Assembly (NCBI GenBank): GCA_002269645.1
Contig: NIVC01000494.1
Span: 372,001-436,000, forward strand
Source of the DNA: Macrostomum lignano
Lineage: Eukaryota
Reading direction: 5' to 3'
Length of the DNA stretch: 64,000 bases
Positions 26,346 to 40,556 of this stretch are shown here, in pieces. A program made the position numbers and the translations under genes. Numbering within the stretch: the first letter of the stretch is position 1; each line of letters begins with the position of its first letter. The notes under the pieces are model-generated. The model was not told where the DNA came from and searched no databases. It was given only the letters and a program-made list of their open reading frames with translations.

Positions 26346-27084
26346 GTCTATTTGACCAGCCTCCTGTCTATCTGTCAGCATGTGTCCGCATACCTGTATG
26401 CAAAGCTAAATTTGATCAATCTACTTATTTATCCACAAGTTTTTCTGTCAGCAGCTTACCTGTCTGTCTGCCAGTATTCACTCTCACAGCTACCCGGTTC
26501 CAAGCAAGCAAGCGTTAAACTTAGCCAACTATAAGCAGCTAATCCCAGCGCCAAGAGAGGCATAACATAACGGCAGGGAACGGGGAAGAGGGATATCTGG
26601 GACAGAGGGGACAACTGTGAGAGCGCCGTGGTTGGCCAGTTTCTCACAGGGACAGCCAGAAGGCTGTACAATGACCCAGCCGCGAAGGACAAAGTTCGCT
26701 AGCTGAAAGGCATAAAATATTTCAGCACCCCTGTGCGTGTCTGCAGTCGCCTATCATGAATAATAGCATTAGGCTCGGCCGGAGCACAGCTTAAACCTAT
26801 TATCGAAATAATAATTGGCTTGCATTACTGCAAAATTTGCCCAAAATTTCAATTCTATACGCAACGCTTTGCACGCAATAGAAAAATTATTCTTTTTTCT
26901 ATTTCGATGAAGAACTTTCGTTGTCGAGGCGAGGCGCGGGAAGTTTTTGACAAGCAGTAAATGCTGAACTCACTTCCCAAGTTAATTTATCACTCATCAG
27001 GAGCTGACTGCCTGGGGTAGGGTTCTGGTGAAACACAAAACATGCTTGTGTACTTTATTAACACTGAAGCTCGTTGCAGAGTGC

Positions 27085-27330
27085 GGAACACTCCCATATC
27101 TCATCTCTCCTATCTCACTATCTATTTCACTCGCCCATATCTCATCTTCCAGATCTCTATTCATCTCACCCACTCATATCTCATCTCCCCAATCTCTCTA
27201 TCCATCTCACTCTCCCATGTCCCCAATCTCTCTATCCATCTCTCTCCTATATCTCATCTCCCCAATATCTCTATCCATCTCACTCTCCCATCTCTCATCT
27301 CCCCATCTTTCTATCTATTTCACTCTCCTT
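27085..27330. repeat. Degenerate pyrimidine-rich tandem repeat
   Basis: Recurrent atctcatctcccca and tctctatccatctc units. Pure (AG)n tracts follow at 27562-27635 and 27795-27838. Confidence 0.8.
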
Positions 27331-27558
27331 TCAATTTGGATGGCCAAGTAAATCTCTTTGCTAATACAACCTAATCTAATCTTCTATACAGGCCAGCGTG
27401 TCCATCGCTTGTCTCCAAGCATATTGCATGCATCCTGACCTTCATGCATTAAGCATCAACACCCAATTAGTGACCCTAACACAGTATTGAATTCAAAACA
27501 CTGACTTATGCGTTGGTTACTATCACAGTAAGTGAGCATGAAAGACAAGTGTGTTTTG

Positions 27559-27637
<79 letters not shown>

Positions 27638-27788
27638 CCCTAGGCAACGAATCGCATGGATGAGTTTTCATTATGGATGACTATAACTAGCACAGTGATT
27701 AGCAATATGATTGATGGAACCCGGCTTCACACAGGCCGCACAAGCACCAAAGACACACAGGCCAAATGGAACTGCTCTAGCCTAGCTA

Positions 27789-27841
<53 letters not shown>

Positions 27842-28067
27842 TTGAGAGACAGACAGTCTGCAATCTTTATGGGGTACAGAATTCTGCTTATGGGGAGGGG
27901 TGCCGGAAGAAGTTCGCACTTTAAACTCAAACAGCAGAATTCCTCAATAGCTAATTGGCCAAGGCAGTCTTTATTCAACTTTACTGTGCTACAATGCGAA
28001 TAAAAAAAGTTTAATCAACTTGGGCTTTTGCAATTGCACGCTTCTAATGGTACGTGCTTTTCCCAAT

Positions 28068-28320
28068 GTGCGCTTATGCTAATGCGCGCTTGTCCGAGTG
28101 CGCGCTTATGCTAATGCGCGCTTGTCCCAGTGCGCGCTTATGCTATTGCGCGCTTGTCCCAGTGCGCGCTTATGCCAATGCGCGCTTGTCCGAGTGCGCG
28201 CTTATGCTAATGCGCGCTTGTCCGAGTGCGCGCTTATGCCATTGCGCGCTTATGCCGATGCACGCTTCTTATGGTGCGCATTTCCAAAAGTGCGCTTGTC
28301 CCAGTGCGCGCTTACGGTAC
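28068..28320. repeat. 32-bp CpG-rich minisatellite (dimer of 16-mers)
   Basis: Unit tgcgcgcttatgctaatgcgcgcttgtccgag. Confidence 0.9.
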
Positions 28321-28914
28321 TCTGTGCCTGCGCATTGAAGCCAGCAAGTTTTTTGCAACAAAATGTACAATTGTAGAGTTCAGAGCACTGCACACAAATG
28401 TAACGCACTTTTGATGGATTGATTTCAAGACAGACCGATAAACATGAGATCAAGCCTGTCTGTAATTAACACAGAATCCATGACTTGTCTTCTGTGTCAA
28501 AGGAAAATTCTGTTTGTGTAAAGCCTAACCAACTACTCTGTACATGCCGAGCAGGGACTTCGATCATCTTTCTCTGTGCACCATTTTATCAAGCTAGTCA
28601 ATACCCTAATCCTATTTATCCGACAGCAAAAGCACTGATTGATTGTCGTGATTCTTTTTATAATAAACATCCTATGATTTCAGACACTTATTGCTTATGT
28701 TGTCGCGAGTGCAATAGCTTGTACCGGACTTATTGCGACAATAATCCCGATTATATATATAATGACAAGCACCTATTGGCTGTAACATCGTCTTCTTACG
28801 CTCGTAACTCAATGTAACGCGTCTTTTCTGTTGTTTGGACTGGACAAGCCTTCCTGATCCTCTTCTGCGTAGGTACTTGTCCTTCTACGGTATTCCATTT
28901 TCTATTGCCCACTC

Positions 28915-29950
28915 TACTGTCTACCCTATCTCTCTCTACTGTCTACCCTATCTCTCTCTACTGTCTACCCTATCTCTCTCTACTGTCTACCCTATCTCTC
29001 CTCTGTCTACGACGTATAATGTCTACCCTATCTTCCTCTATCTCTAATGTCTACCCTATCTCCATCTATCTCTAATGTCCACCCTATCTCCCTCTATCTC
29101 TAATGTCTACTCTATCTCCCTCTATCTCTAATTTCTACCCTATCTCTCTCCACTGTCTACCCTATCTCTCCTCTGTCTACGACGCATAATGTCTACCCTA
29201 TCTCCCTCTATCTCTAATGTCTACCCTATCTTCCTCTATCTCTAATGACTACCCTATCTCCCTCTATCTCTAATGTCTACCCTATCTCCCTCTATGTCTA
29301 ATGACTACCCTATCTCCCTTTATCTCTAATGTCTACTCTATCTCCCTCTATCTCTAATTTCTACCCTATCTCTCTCTACTGTCTACCCTATCTCTCCTCT
29401 GTCTACGACGTATAATGTCTACCCTATCTCCCTCTATCTCTAATGTCTACCCTATCTCCCTCTATCTCTAATGACTACCCTATCTCCCTCTATCTCTAAT
29501 GTCTACCCTATCTCCCTCTATCTCTAGTGTCTACCCTATCTCCCTCTATCTCTAATGTCTACTCTATCTCCCTCTATCTCTACCCTATCTCCCTCTATCT
29601 CTAATGTCTACTCTAACTCCATCTATCTCTAATGTCTACTCTATCTCCCTCTATCTCTAATGTCTACCCTATCTCCCCTCTCTATTTAATGTCTACCCTA
29701 TCTCCCCTTTCTCTCTAATGTCTACCCTATCTCCATCTATCTCTAATGTCTACCCTATCTCCATCTATCTCTAATGTCTACCCTATCTCCCTCTATCTCT
29801 AATGTCTACTCTATCTCCCTCTATCTCTACCCTATCTCCCTCTATCTCTAATGTCTACCCTATCTCCCTCTATCTCTAATGTCTACTCTATCTCCCTCTA
29901 TCTCTAATGTCTACCCTATCTCCCTCTATCTCTAATGTCTACCCTTTCTC
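28915..29950. repeat. 28-bp minisatellite
   Basis: Unit tctaccctatctccctctatctctaatg, about 36 copies. Confidence 0.95.
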
Positions 29951-30699
29951 GCCCATCTCTCCTTTTTTCCTCCAACTTTAAGCCAAGACACACAAACAGG
30001 TTATTAACTATCCTTATATAGAACTAGAAACGTCAGGTGCAAATGCGTTTGTGTGTCTGTGTCAAAAATTCACAGCCCAACTCAATCTTCTAGCCCAACT
30101 CGAACAACTTAATCTCCTATTCTGGATTCTCATCCGAGATCTGGGAATTCCAGACTAAGGCCCGGCAGTCAGATAGGCAACTATTAGGCAAATAAAAATG
30201 CGAGCATGCACATGTATCCCAGAGAGAAATCTGTGACACAATTTTATTATTATTAAACCTGGCCAGAGTGCTAATCAAATAATTCACAGCCTGTTTGCGC
30301 TCAAACAGAATAGCTTTATTACAGGAGCTGGCCAGATGCGCACACTTCTCTGTAATAAATTAATCCGATCATGCCAGACTTAGACAAGGAGGGAGAGGAA
30401 GCGCAGAGGGAGGGGGGATGCCGGATTGTTATTTGCTTTAATTAAGGTGCCACGTCAGACCAGCTGCTTATCCGACTCTTGTAAAATGAGTGGCTGAGGC
30501 CAAAGCGACCAGCTTCCGCCACGCAGACAGACAGGGGGCAGGAGAGACTGCAGATATGCAGGGAGCGGGATGAGGCCGCTCGGGTGCTAAAACATGTACA
30601 GGGCGGCAGTGAGGGAGGGGAGTGACTGGGATCAGGACAGAGTGGCAGATAGACGGGGAAAGTGGGAGATGTGAGAGGGGCAGTGTGAGAATGATTTTT

Positions 30700-30717
30700 T
30701 GACACAGACAGACAGTC

Positions 30718-30785
<68 letters not shown>

Positions 30786-30793
30786 GGACAGTC

Positions 30794-30828
<35 letters not shown>

Positions 30829-30915
30829 GAGACAGACAGAGAGACAGACAGAGAGACAGACAGACAGACAGAGAGACAGACAGACAGACAGAGAGACAAA
30901 CACATAAGACAGACA
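30700..30915. repeat. (GACA)n microsatellite
   Basis: Direct inspection. Confidence 0.95.
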
Positions 30916-31399
30916 GAAGCAGAAAAAAAATAAATGTAAGGTAAGGGAAGGTTCTATTATGAATAAATTATAGCATACCTACGAATTCATACTAGCCGAA
31001 GTCATATGGGCTCGAGCTTGGCTAAAGAGCAGCAGTTCTAAGAAAACATTTGGCCAAATACGCAAATCAAATCGAAGATGGAAGGGACAGAGGGGCTCTG
31101 AGACAGCAGAAGTCAGCCTGTCTCTAATGGACCGCAGCCGGGCTAGAAAATTGGCCCAACAAATCCGGGGAAAAATTCGATTGAATTGACAATTGGAGCA
31201 CACAGTGGCTTCTCAGAGCTTGATTTGCGCTGCCGGAGCATTTGCCGGTAATGCTGACTAGCCATGCCTGCCACTGTTCGCGTTTCAGCTGCTGTGCTTA
31301 GAATTAGATGCTGCACCGGCTGGTAGTTTATTGCACTGCTAGAAATCCTCATGACCCTATTCACTCTTCTCCTTTCTACCCTCCCTTCCCCTATGTACC

Positions 31400-33950
31400 C
31401 TCACTTCCTCTCTCTAACTCCCTTTCCCTCTCTACCCTCACTTCCCTCTCTACCGACTCTTCTCTCTCTACCGACTCTTCTCTCTCTACCCACTCTTCCC
31501 CTCTCTACCCCCTCTTATTCTCTTTACCCACTCTTCCCCTCTCTACCAACTCTTCTTCTCTCTACCCACTCTTCCCCTCTCTACCCACTCTTCTTCTCTC
31601 TACCCACTCTTCCCCTCTCTACCAACTCTTCTTCTCTCTACCCACTCTTCCCCTCTCTACCCACTCTTCTTCTCTCTACCCACTCTTCCCCTCTCTACCA
31701 ACTCTTCTTCTCTCTACCCACTCTTCTTCTCTCTACCCACTCTTCTTCTCTCTACCCACTCTTCTTCTCTCTACCCACTCTTCTTCTCTCTACCCACTCT
31801 TCTTCTCTCTACCCACTCTTCTTCTCTCTACCCACTCTTCTTCTCTCTACACACTCTTCTTCTCTCTACACACTCTTCACCTCTCTACCCACTCTTCTTC
31901 TCTCTACCCCCTCTTCTTCTCTACCCACTCTTCCCCTCTCTACCCACTCTTCTTCTCTCTACCCACTCTTCTTCTCTCTACCCACTCTTCTTCTCTCTAC
32001 CCACTCTTCTTCTCTCTACCCACTCTTCTTCTCTCTACCCACTCTTCTTCTCTCTACCCACTCTTCACCTCTCTACCCACTCTTCACCTCTCTACCCACT
32101 CTTCACCTCTCTACCCACTCTTCCCCTCTCTACCCACTCTTCACCTCTCTACCCACTCTTCCCCTCTCTACCCACTCTTCACCTCTCTACCCACTCTTCC
32201 CCTCTCTACCCACTCTTCTTCTCTCTACCCACTCTTCACCTCTACCCACTCTTCACCTCTGTACCCACTCTTCTTCTCTCTACCCCCTCTTCTTCTCTAC
32301 CCACTCTTCCCCTCTCTACCCACTCTTCACCTCTACCCACTCTTCACCTCTGTACCCACTCTTCTTCTCTCTACCCCCTCTTCTTCTCTACCCACTCTTC
32401 ACCTCTCTACCCACTCTTCCCCTCTCTACCCACTCTTCACCTCTCTACCCACTCTTCCCCTCTCTACCGACTCTTCTCTCTCTACCGACTCTTCTCTCTC
32501 TACCCACTCTTCCCCTCTCTACCCACTCTTCTTCTCTCTACCCACTCTTCTTCTCTCTACCCACTCTTCTTCTCTCTACCCACTCTTCCCCTCTCTACCC
32601 ACTCTTCTTCTCTCTACCCACTCTTCTTCTCTCTACCCACTCTTCTTCTCTCTACACACTCTTCTTCTCTCTACACACTCTTCACCTCTCTACCCACTCT
32701 TCTTCTCTCTACCCACTCTTCTTCTCTCTACCCACTCTTCTTCTCTCTACCCACTCTTCCCCTCTCTACCCACTCTTCTTCTCTCTACCCACTCTTCTTC
32801 TCTCTACCCACTCTTCTTCTCTCTACCCACTCTTCCCCTCTCTACCCACTCTTCTTCTCTCTACCCACTCTTCTTCTCTCTACCCACTCTTCTTCTCTCT
32901 ACACACTCTTCTTCTCTCTACACACTCTTCACCTCTCTACCCACTCTTCTTCTCTCTACCCCCTCTTCTTCTCTACCCACTCTTCCCCTCTCTACCCACT
33001 CTTCTTCTCTCTACCCACTCTTCTTCTCTCTACCCACTCTTCTTCTCTCTACCCACTCTTCTTCTCTCTACCCACTCTTCTTCTCTCTACCCACTCTTCT
33101 TCTCTCTACCCACTCTTCTTCTCTCTACCCACTCTTCTCTCTCTACCCACTCTTCACCTCTACCCACTCTTCCCCTCTCTACCCACTCTTCTTCTCTCTA
33201 CCCCCTCTTCTTCTCTACCCACTCTTCCCCTCTCTACCCACTCTTCCACTCTCTACCCACTCTTCTTCTCTACCCACTCTTCTCTCTCTACCCCCTCTTC
33301 TTCTCTCTACCCACTCTTCTCTCTCTACCCACTCTTCTCTCTCTACCCACTCTTCTCTCTCTACCCACTCTTCTCTGTCTACCCACTCTTCTCTCTCTAC
33401 CCACTCTTCACCTCTCTACCCACTCTTCTTCTCTACCCACTCTTCTCTCTCTACCCCCTCTTCTTCTCTCTACCCACTCTTCTCTCTCTACCCACTCTTC
33501 TCTCTCTACCCACTCTTCTCTCTCTACCCACTCTTCCCCTCTCTACCCACTCTTCCCCTCTCTACCCACTCTTCACCTCTCTACCCACTCTTCCCCTCTC
33601 TACCCACTCTTCCCCTCTCTACCCACTCTTCACCTCTCTACCCACTCTTCCCCTCTCTACCCACTCTTCACCTCTCTACCCACTCTTCCCCTCTCTACCC
33701 ACTCTTCCCCTCTCTACCCACTCTTCTTCTCTCTACCCACTCTTCACCTCTCTACCCACTCTTCTCTCTCTACCCACTCTTCACCTCTCTACCCACTCTT
33801 CCCCTCTCTACCCACTCTTCTTCTCTACCCACTCTTCCCCTCTCTACCCACTCTTCACCTCTCTACCCACTCTTCCCCTCTCTACCCACTCTTCTCTCTC
33901 TACCCACTCTTCCCCTCTCTACCCACTCTTCACCTCTCTACCCACTTTTT
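31400..33950. repeat. 19-bp pyrimidine-rich minisatellite (about 2.5 kb)
   Basis: Unit ctctacccactcttc(ttct/ccct/acct). It causes the 889-aa and 868-aa ORFs. Confidence 0.97.
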
Positions 33951-34419
33951 TTCTTGAGTTCCCCCTCCGCGTCTTAGCTATGACCGTCCATGCACATGTC
34001 TATTCGCAGAAATAACGTCCCTAGTACTCGTAAAACTCAGACAGCCGAAATTCCACTCTGTCTGAAAGCTTCCTAAAGACGGGCAGATGGGAATGAATGG
34101 CAGCTGGTCACATCGATGGAGGGAGGTTAGAAAGTCTAAACTAACAGACAGAAATACATGTACATAGATTTAGCCTATTGTAAGGAATTATCTAGATTTT
34201 GGCGAGCTGCCACTCCATTTCTAACTTTGACAAAATCGCTGCTAGTCTTCGCACTTACTTTGTACTTCCCACCTTTATGAGCGTAAATACATTGGACCCC
34301 CACCCCTAAGACCGCAGTCACTAAATATCACACCTTTGTCAGCCTGTCCGTAAAATTCGAATCTCACAATCTACTTTTCTAGCTTGATTAAATCTTACAT
34401 CTTAGGAATCTCATATCCT

Positions 34420-34900
34420 CCGAATCTCAACCTTTGAATCTCATTCACCCTCTGAATCTCTCACCCTTTGAATCTCTCACCCTTTGAATCTTTCACCCTC
34501 TGAATCTCATCCTCTGAATCTCACCCTCTGAATCTCTCACCCTCTGAATCTCATCCTCTGAATCTCATCCTCTGAATCTCACCCTCTGAATCTCTCACCC
34601 TTTGAATCTTTCACCCTCTGAATCTCATCCTCTGAATCTCACCCTCTGAATCTCTCACCCTCTGAATCTCATCCTCTGAATCTCACCCTCTGAATCTCTC
34701 ACCCTCTGAATCTCTCACCTCTGAATCTCACCCTCCGAATCTCTCACCCTCTGAATCTCACCTTCTGAATCTCACCCTCCGAATCTCTAACCCCGAATCT
34801 TACCCTCCGAATATCACCCTTTGAATCTCATTCACCCTTCAAATCTCACCATTCGAATCTCACCCTTTGAATCTCACCCTTTGTATCTCACACCCTCCGA
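34420..34900. repeat. 13-16-bp minisatellite
   Basis: Unit ctctgaatctcacc with variants. Confidence 0.9.
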
Positions 34901-35394
34901 ATCCGAATCCGAACCTGTCTCTCCCTTTCTCTTCGTCTCCCTCCAAACACCTCGCGCTTTTCTTGCCATCCTCCCGACCTATTTTTTTTCCTGCGCGTCA
35001 CTTCTATCTTCATCATTAGTTTAACCTTACAGACTTTTTAAATGCCCCTCTCATATTCTCGAAAAGCAGGGATATAGTACTTAGTGGAAAATTGATACCG
35101 CTCTTAACCGATCACTCAAGATTTTCAATCGAGCCTGTTCCGCGTTCACTGCAATTAGGCAGCTCACAGGCCATTATTGGAATTCGGAACTTGAGTAGGG
35201 TAAATATTATATTACTAAACAGTATAATTTTTAATGATTCTATTCTTTATGAATTCCATTAGAGAGATGACGCGTCCCTTGCCATCAAATTCATTACAGG
35301 ATCGTCAAGAAGAGACAGTGAGGTCGAACTCCTATTTAAATTATCGGAGGGTCCGAATGAAGAAGTTTTAGCGCTGGCAGGAGGCAGAAAGACT

Positions 35395-35900
35395 AAGTAA
35401 GGGCGATTCTGGATGAGTAAGGGCGATTCTGGATGAGTAAGGGCGATTCTGGATGAGTAAGGGCGATTCTGGATGAGTAAGGGCGATTCTGGATGAGTAA
35501 GGGCAATTCTGGATGAGTAAGGGCAATTCTGGATGAGTAAGGGCGATTCTGGATAAGTAAGGGCAGTTCTGGATGAGTAAGGGCAGTTCTGGATGAGTAA
35601 GGGCAGTTCTGGATGAGTAATGGCAGTTCTGGATGAGTAAGGGCAGTTCTGGATGAGTAAGGGCAGTTCTGGATGAGTAATGGCAGTTCTGGATGAGTAA
35701 GGGCAGTTCTGGATGAGTAAGGGCAGTTCTGGATGAGTAAGGGCAGTTCTGGATGAGTAAGGGCAGTTCTGGATGAGTAAGGGCAGTTCTGGATGAGTAA
35801 GGGCGATTCTGGATAAGTAAGGGCGATTCTGGATAAGTAAGGGCAGTTCTGGATGAGTAAGGGCAGTTCTGGATGAGTAATGGCGATTCTGGATGAGTAA
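35395..35900. repeat. 20-bp minisatellite
   Basis: Unit gggc(ag/ga)ttctggatgagtaa, about 25 copies. Confidence 0.97.
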
Positions 35901-36329
35901 GGGAGATGCTTGATGGGTAAAGGCGATCCTTTGGTGGTAAAAATACTAATGACACTAATTTTTGAAGGGTTGTAAGCCATTTTTTCAAAACTATTTTTTT
36001 ATCATTTGTTTGTTTTAGTGAAATTCAATTCAGTAAGTCTGAATTTTAGGCTACAGCCATCACAAATATTTACAGTTCAATTGTACAGAAAATGCCATTA
36101 AAAGATACGAGGCCAGTTTATCCTAACTCTGCAACTTTTGTTATACTATAATGCATCCGTTATGGGCCAAACAGTCTGAACTAATTGATTAAATCTGTCA
36201 ATCACGATTGCCTTTTTTACGTTTATACAATACTGCCCCACATATATCATTATGAAGTTGTAGTGGCCGTATAAGACTGTTGGTGAAATGCAGGTCACAC
36301 ACAGTTTGCTGGTGGGGGAGGGGGTAGAT

Positions 36330-36800
36330 ACCAAGTCTACCTGCTTAGTAAGGGTAGAAATTTACTGTTTTATTGGGGCTGAAGTCCACCGATTTACTGG
36401 GGGTAGAAGCCTAGTGATTTGCTAAGGGTAGAAGTCTATCGATTTACTGGGGGGGGGGGGGGGGGTAGAAGTCTAACAGTTTACTGAGGGTAGAAGTCTA
36501 TCTATTTATTGAGGCTAGAAGTCTGCCGATTTGCTGAGGGTTGAAGTCTAGTGGCTTATTGGGGCAGAAGTCTACCGATTTACTAGGGGTAGAAGTCTAG
36601 TGGATCATTAGGGGGGGGGTAGAAGTCTACCGATTTACTGATGTTGACTGAGAATAGAAGTCTACCGATTTACTAGGGGTAGAAGTCTAGTGGATCATTG
36701 GGGGGGGGGGTAGAAGTCTACCGATTTACTGATGTTGACTAAGAATAGAAGTCTACCAGTTTACTGGGGGTAGAAGTCTAGTGGTTTATTGGGGGTCAAA
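36330..36800. repeat. Degenerate about 25-bp minisatellite with poly-G expansions
   Basis: Recurrent gggtagaagtctaccgatttact. Confidence 0.85.
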
Positions 36801-37249
36801 ATGTACCGGATTTACAGAGGGCGAGTCTACTCGCTTACTAAAGATGTTGATAGGCTAGAATCCTGACTAATCACATGTCTAAATAGTAAATTTCAAACAA
36901 TCCTTTGCCGACTTACCAACAAAGTGGAAGCAGTCGCAGTCAAACAGCAGTCTGAGCTAAATTTGGAGGGCCTTAAAAGTACAGTTCCGGATAGGCAAGC
37001 AAATCAAAGCATTAAAACCGTTTTGCTTCAAGTGCTAGAGAGACCTGGAATCGAACAGAATTGCTTGTTTTATCTCATCATCAGCAATTTCCTTTCAAAA
37101 CCCGTATATACTATTTGTATTACTTAAAGTAGTATTGTGAATTTAGATTGGCAATCGAATTTTCGGGTAAAGCAGAATAAGAATTTTCTGAACAACTTTA
37201 TTTCTAATAAAGATTATAGTGATAGAACTATTTATACTGACCGTTAGTG

Positions 37250-38505
37250 AGAGTTAGACGGAATTCCCCAGTGACAATTTTGTGAGAGGAAGAGGGAATT
37301 CCCACGGGGGACGATTCGTAAGAACCAAAGAGAATTCCCAGAGTGACGATTTGTGAGAACCAGAGGAAATCCCCTATAGTGACGATTTGTGAGAAACAGA
37401 GGGAATTCCCAGAATGACGATTTGTGAGAACCAGAAGGAATTCCCCAGTTAGCAGTATTTCACTAGAGGGAATTTCCCAGAGTGACGATTTGTGAGAACC
37501 AGAGGGAATTCCCCAGTTATCAGTATTTCACTAGAGGGAATTTCCCAGAGTGACGATTTGTGAGAACCAGAGGGAATTCCCCAGAGTGACGATTTGTGAG
37601 AACCTGAGGGAATTCCCCAGAGTGACGATTTGTGACAACTAGAGGGAATTCCACAGAGTGACGGTTTGTGAGAACCAGAGGAAATCCCCTATAGTGACGA
37701 TTTGTGAGAACCAGAAGGAATTCCCCAGTTATTAGTACTTCACTAGAGGGAATTTCCCAGAGTGACGATTTGTGAGAACCAGAGGGAATTCCCCAGTGTG
37801 ACGATTTGTGAGAACCAGAGGGAATTCCCCAGAGTGACGATTTGTGACAACTAGAGGGAATTCCCCAGTGTGACGATTTGTGAGAACCTGAGGGAATTCC
37901 CCAGAGTGACGATTTGTGACAACTAGAGGGAATTCCCCAGAGTGACGATTTGTGAGAACTAGAGGGAATTTCCCAGAGTGACGATTTGTGAGAACCAGAG
38001 GGAATTCCCCAGTTATCAGTATTTCACTAGAGGGAATTTCCCAGAGTGACGATTTGTGAGAACCAGAGGGAATTCCCCAGAGTGACGATTTGTGACAACT
38101 AGAGGGAATTCCACAGAGTGACGGTTTGTGAGAACCAGAGGAAATCCCCTATAGTGACGATTTGTGAGAACCAGAAGGAATTCCCCAGTTATTAGTACTT
38201 CACTAGAGGGAATTTCCCAGAGTGACGATTTGTGAGAACTAGAGGGAATTCCCCAGAGTGACGATTTGTGAGAACCTGAGGGAATTCCCCAGAGTGACGA
38301 TTTGTGACAACTAGAGGGAATTCCCCAGAGTGACGATTTGTGAGAACCAGAGGAAATCCCCTATAGTGACGATTTGTGAGAACCAGAAGGAATTCCCAGT
38401 TATTAGTACTTCACTAGAGGGAATTTCCCAGAGTGACGATTTGTGAGAACTAGAGGGAATTCCCCAGAGTGACGATTTGTGAGAACCTGAGGGAATTCCC
38501 CAGAG
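37250..38505. repeat. 36-bp minisatellite with higher-order repeat
   Basis: Unit gagtgacgatttgtgagaaccagagggaattcccca. Variant monomers recur in a fixed order. Confidence 0.95.
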
Positions 38506-39589
38506 AAATGACTTTTGAGTCAGGAAATTTACGACTTTACAAAGAGGTGGAAGCAAATAGAATTCCCCAAGGGTAGAAACAGCACAGGATGAAAAATAAA
38601 CTTTTTAAAAGAAAATATACACAAGAACTCACAATAAAAATTATTGTTTCATGCCATAATTAGATGATTGCCGTTTAAAAAAGAATTTTCCAGATCAGAC
38701 CGCGTGTTTACCAACTATATATTGTTAATTTAAACATTCATTTTTGTCGATTAAACTTGACAAAAAGTTGATATGCACAAAAACAAATATTTTTAATCAT
38801 ATTGACAAAGATTTTGGGGTAATTAGTTTCCGTAAAAGTCAGGGTATTGTAAATGTGCTAATTTCTGTAAATTTACCAAGATGGAATGAAATTAAGTCTC
38901 ATATTATAAACCCCATGTACTACTAAAATAAATGAAACATTCTAGTAAAAATAAAACGATAGAACCTATTTAACCCGTTACCCAAGCAGTTTTAAATACC
39001 AATCTAATTATATAATTAGAAGCGAACATTGATACTTTACTGAGTAGTATGTACTGACTATCCAACCAATAAAATACCATCGCTAGTTAACGGAACCAGC
39101 AGATAGATAGCAGTCAGTTTCTTAGGCCACGGAAATGTTTTATTGAGGAGAAAAAAAAATACATCAAACAGCTAATGCTTGAAAACTAATAATAAACAAA
39201 TAAGTTCAGGAATACGTGACAGACACTACAATGTGGAAAGCCAGCCTTGGATATTGATGAGTACAATTGGAATCCAGTTATAATTGGCATTGATGATCAG
39301 GACTTAAGTTAATAAATACGAGTACAAAGCAAAAAAACCGAATTACAAGACACTGCTCGAATAAAGCAATTATTGTCTGCTTGTAACAATTCGGAATTAC
39401 ATTTCAATTATTGACTTCTTAATTAATTTAAAACTGCTAACAGCCAATCTGATTATGCTATCAGAAAAAAACTTTCATGCGCAATAAGGATTTTCATCTA
39501 CTCTATAAGAAACACACGTGTACTAAAAATATTTTGACGAGTTTGCTTCCATATTTTTGACGAGGTTCTGCTGCTCAGCCAAATGGATT

Positions 39590-40050
39590 TCCCTTGTCGA
39601 CCCTAGAAATAATGTACACTATACGATAGAGGGATTTCCCTGCCCCTAGACAGAATGTACACTAGGAGATAGAGGGATTTTCCTGCCCCTAGACAGAATG
39701 TACACTAGGAGATAGAGGGATTTCCCTGCCCCTAGACAGAATGTACACTAGGAGATAGAGGGATTTCCCTGCCCCTAGACAGAATGTACACTAGGGGATA
39801 GAGGGATTTCCCTGCCCCTAGATAGAATCTACACTAGCGATAGAGAGGGGTTTCCCTGCCCCTAGACAGAATGTACACTAGGGGATAGAGGGATTTCCCT
39901 GCCCCTAGACAGAATCTACACTAGGCGATAGAGAGGGGTTTCTTTGCCCCTAGACAGAATGTACACTAGGGGATAGAAGGATTTCCCAGCTTTTTAGATA
40001 GAATGCAGAACAATGGATAGGAAGGGATTAGTCTGTCCCTAGGCAGAATG
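39590..40050. repeat. 43-bp minisatellite
   Basis: Unit tttccctgcccctagacagaatgtacactaggagatagaggga, about 10 copies. Confidence 0.95.
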
Positions 40051-40556
40051 TACATTATAAGTATCTACTAGGAGTTTTGATCAAGCGGTGAATAATATCG
40101 GGTAATTTTAGACTATCCCAACACGTTACAGCAATAAATTTAGCATTAATATATAATTGTAATATACTTTGAATTTAAACATTTGGATTCGGTTTACAAT
40201 GCTAGCGAGACAATATACAATCTAAATTTGAACACCAATTCTAGCCTAACAACTTCACAATGTCCAGCTATATTTAGAAACTTTATCAGCATTGTACTAC
40301 TGCCCCCCCCTCGTATGAATCTTAGCAAATGTGAATAGCAATCACTCTAATACTCAAAAAGACCCTACAAGCCTAACTGGCAATAAAAACATGCTCATTA
40401 ACACAACACAATAGCGGGAATATAGCATTTATAAACAGTAGATTATCTAGATAAATATATTATCATCATAAAACACAAGAGTAGCGTAAATCCGACACGC
40501 GCAAACACACAATAAAGTCAACCAAATCCGACACGACGCCGCCGACCACCAGCCCG

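Noticed and set aside
30979-31364. Exon-like open frames on both strands
   Set aside because: The strand could not be decided and no homology was recognised.
31308-33977. 889-aa and 868-aa ORFs
   Set aside because: They come from a stop-free pyrimidine 19-bp array that is open in more than one frame.
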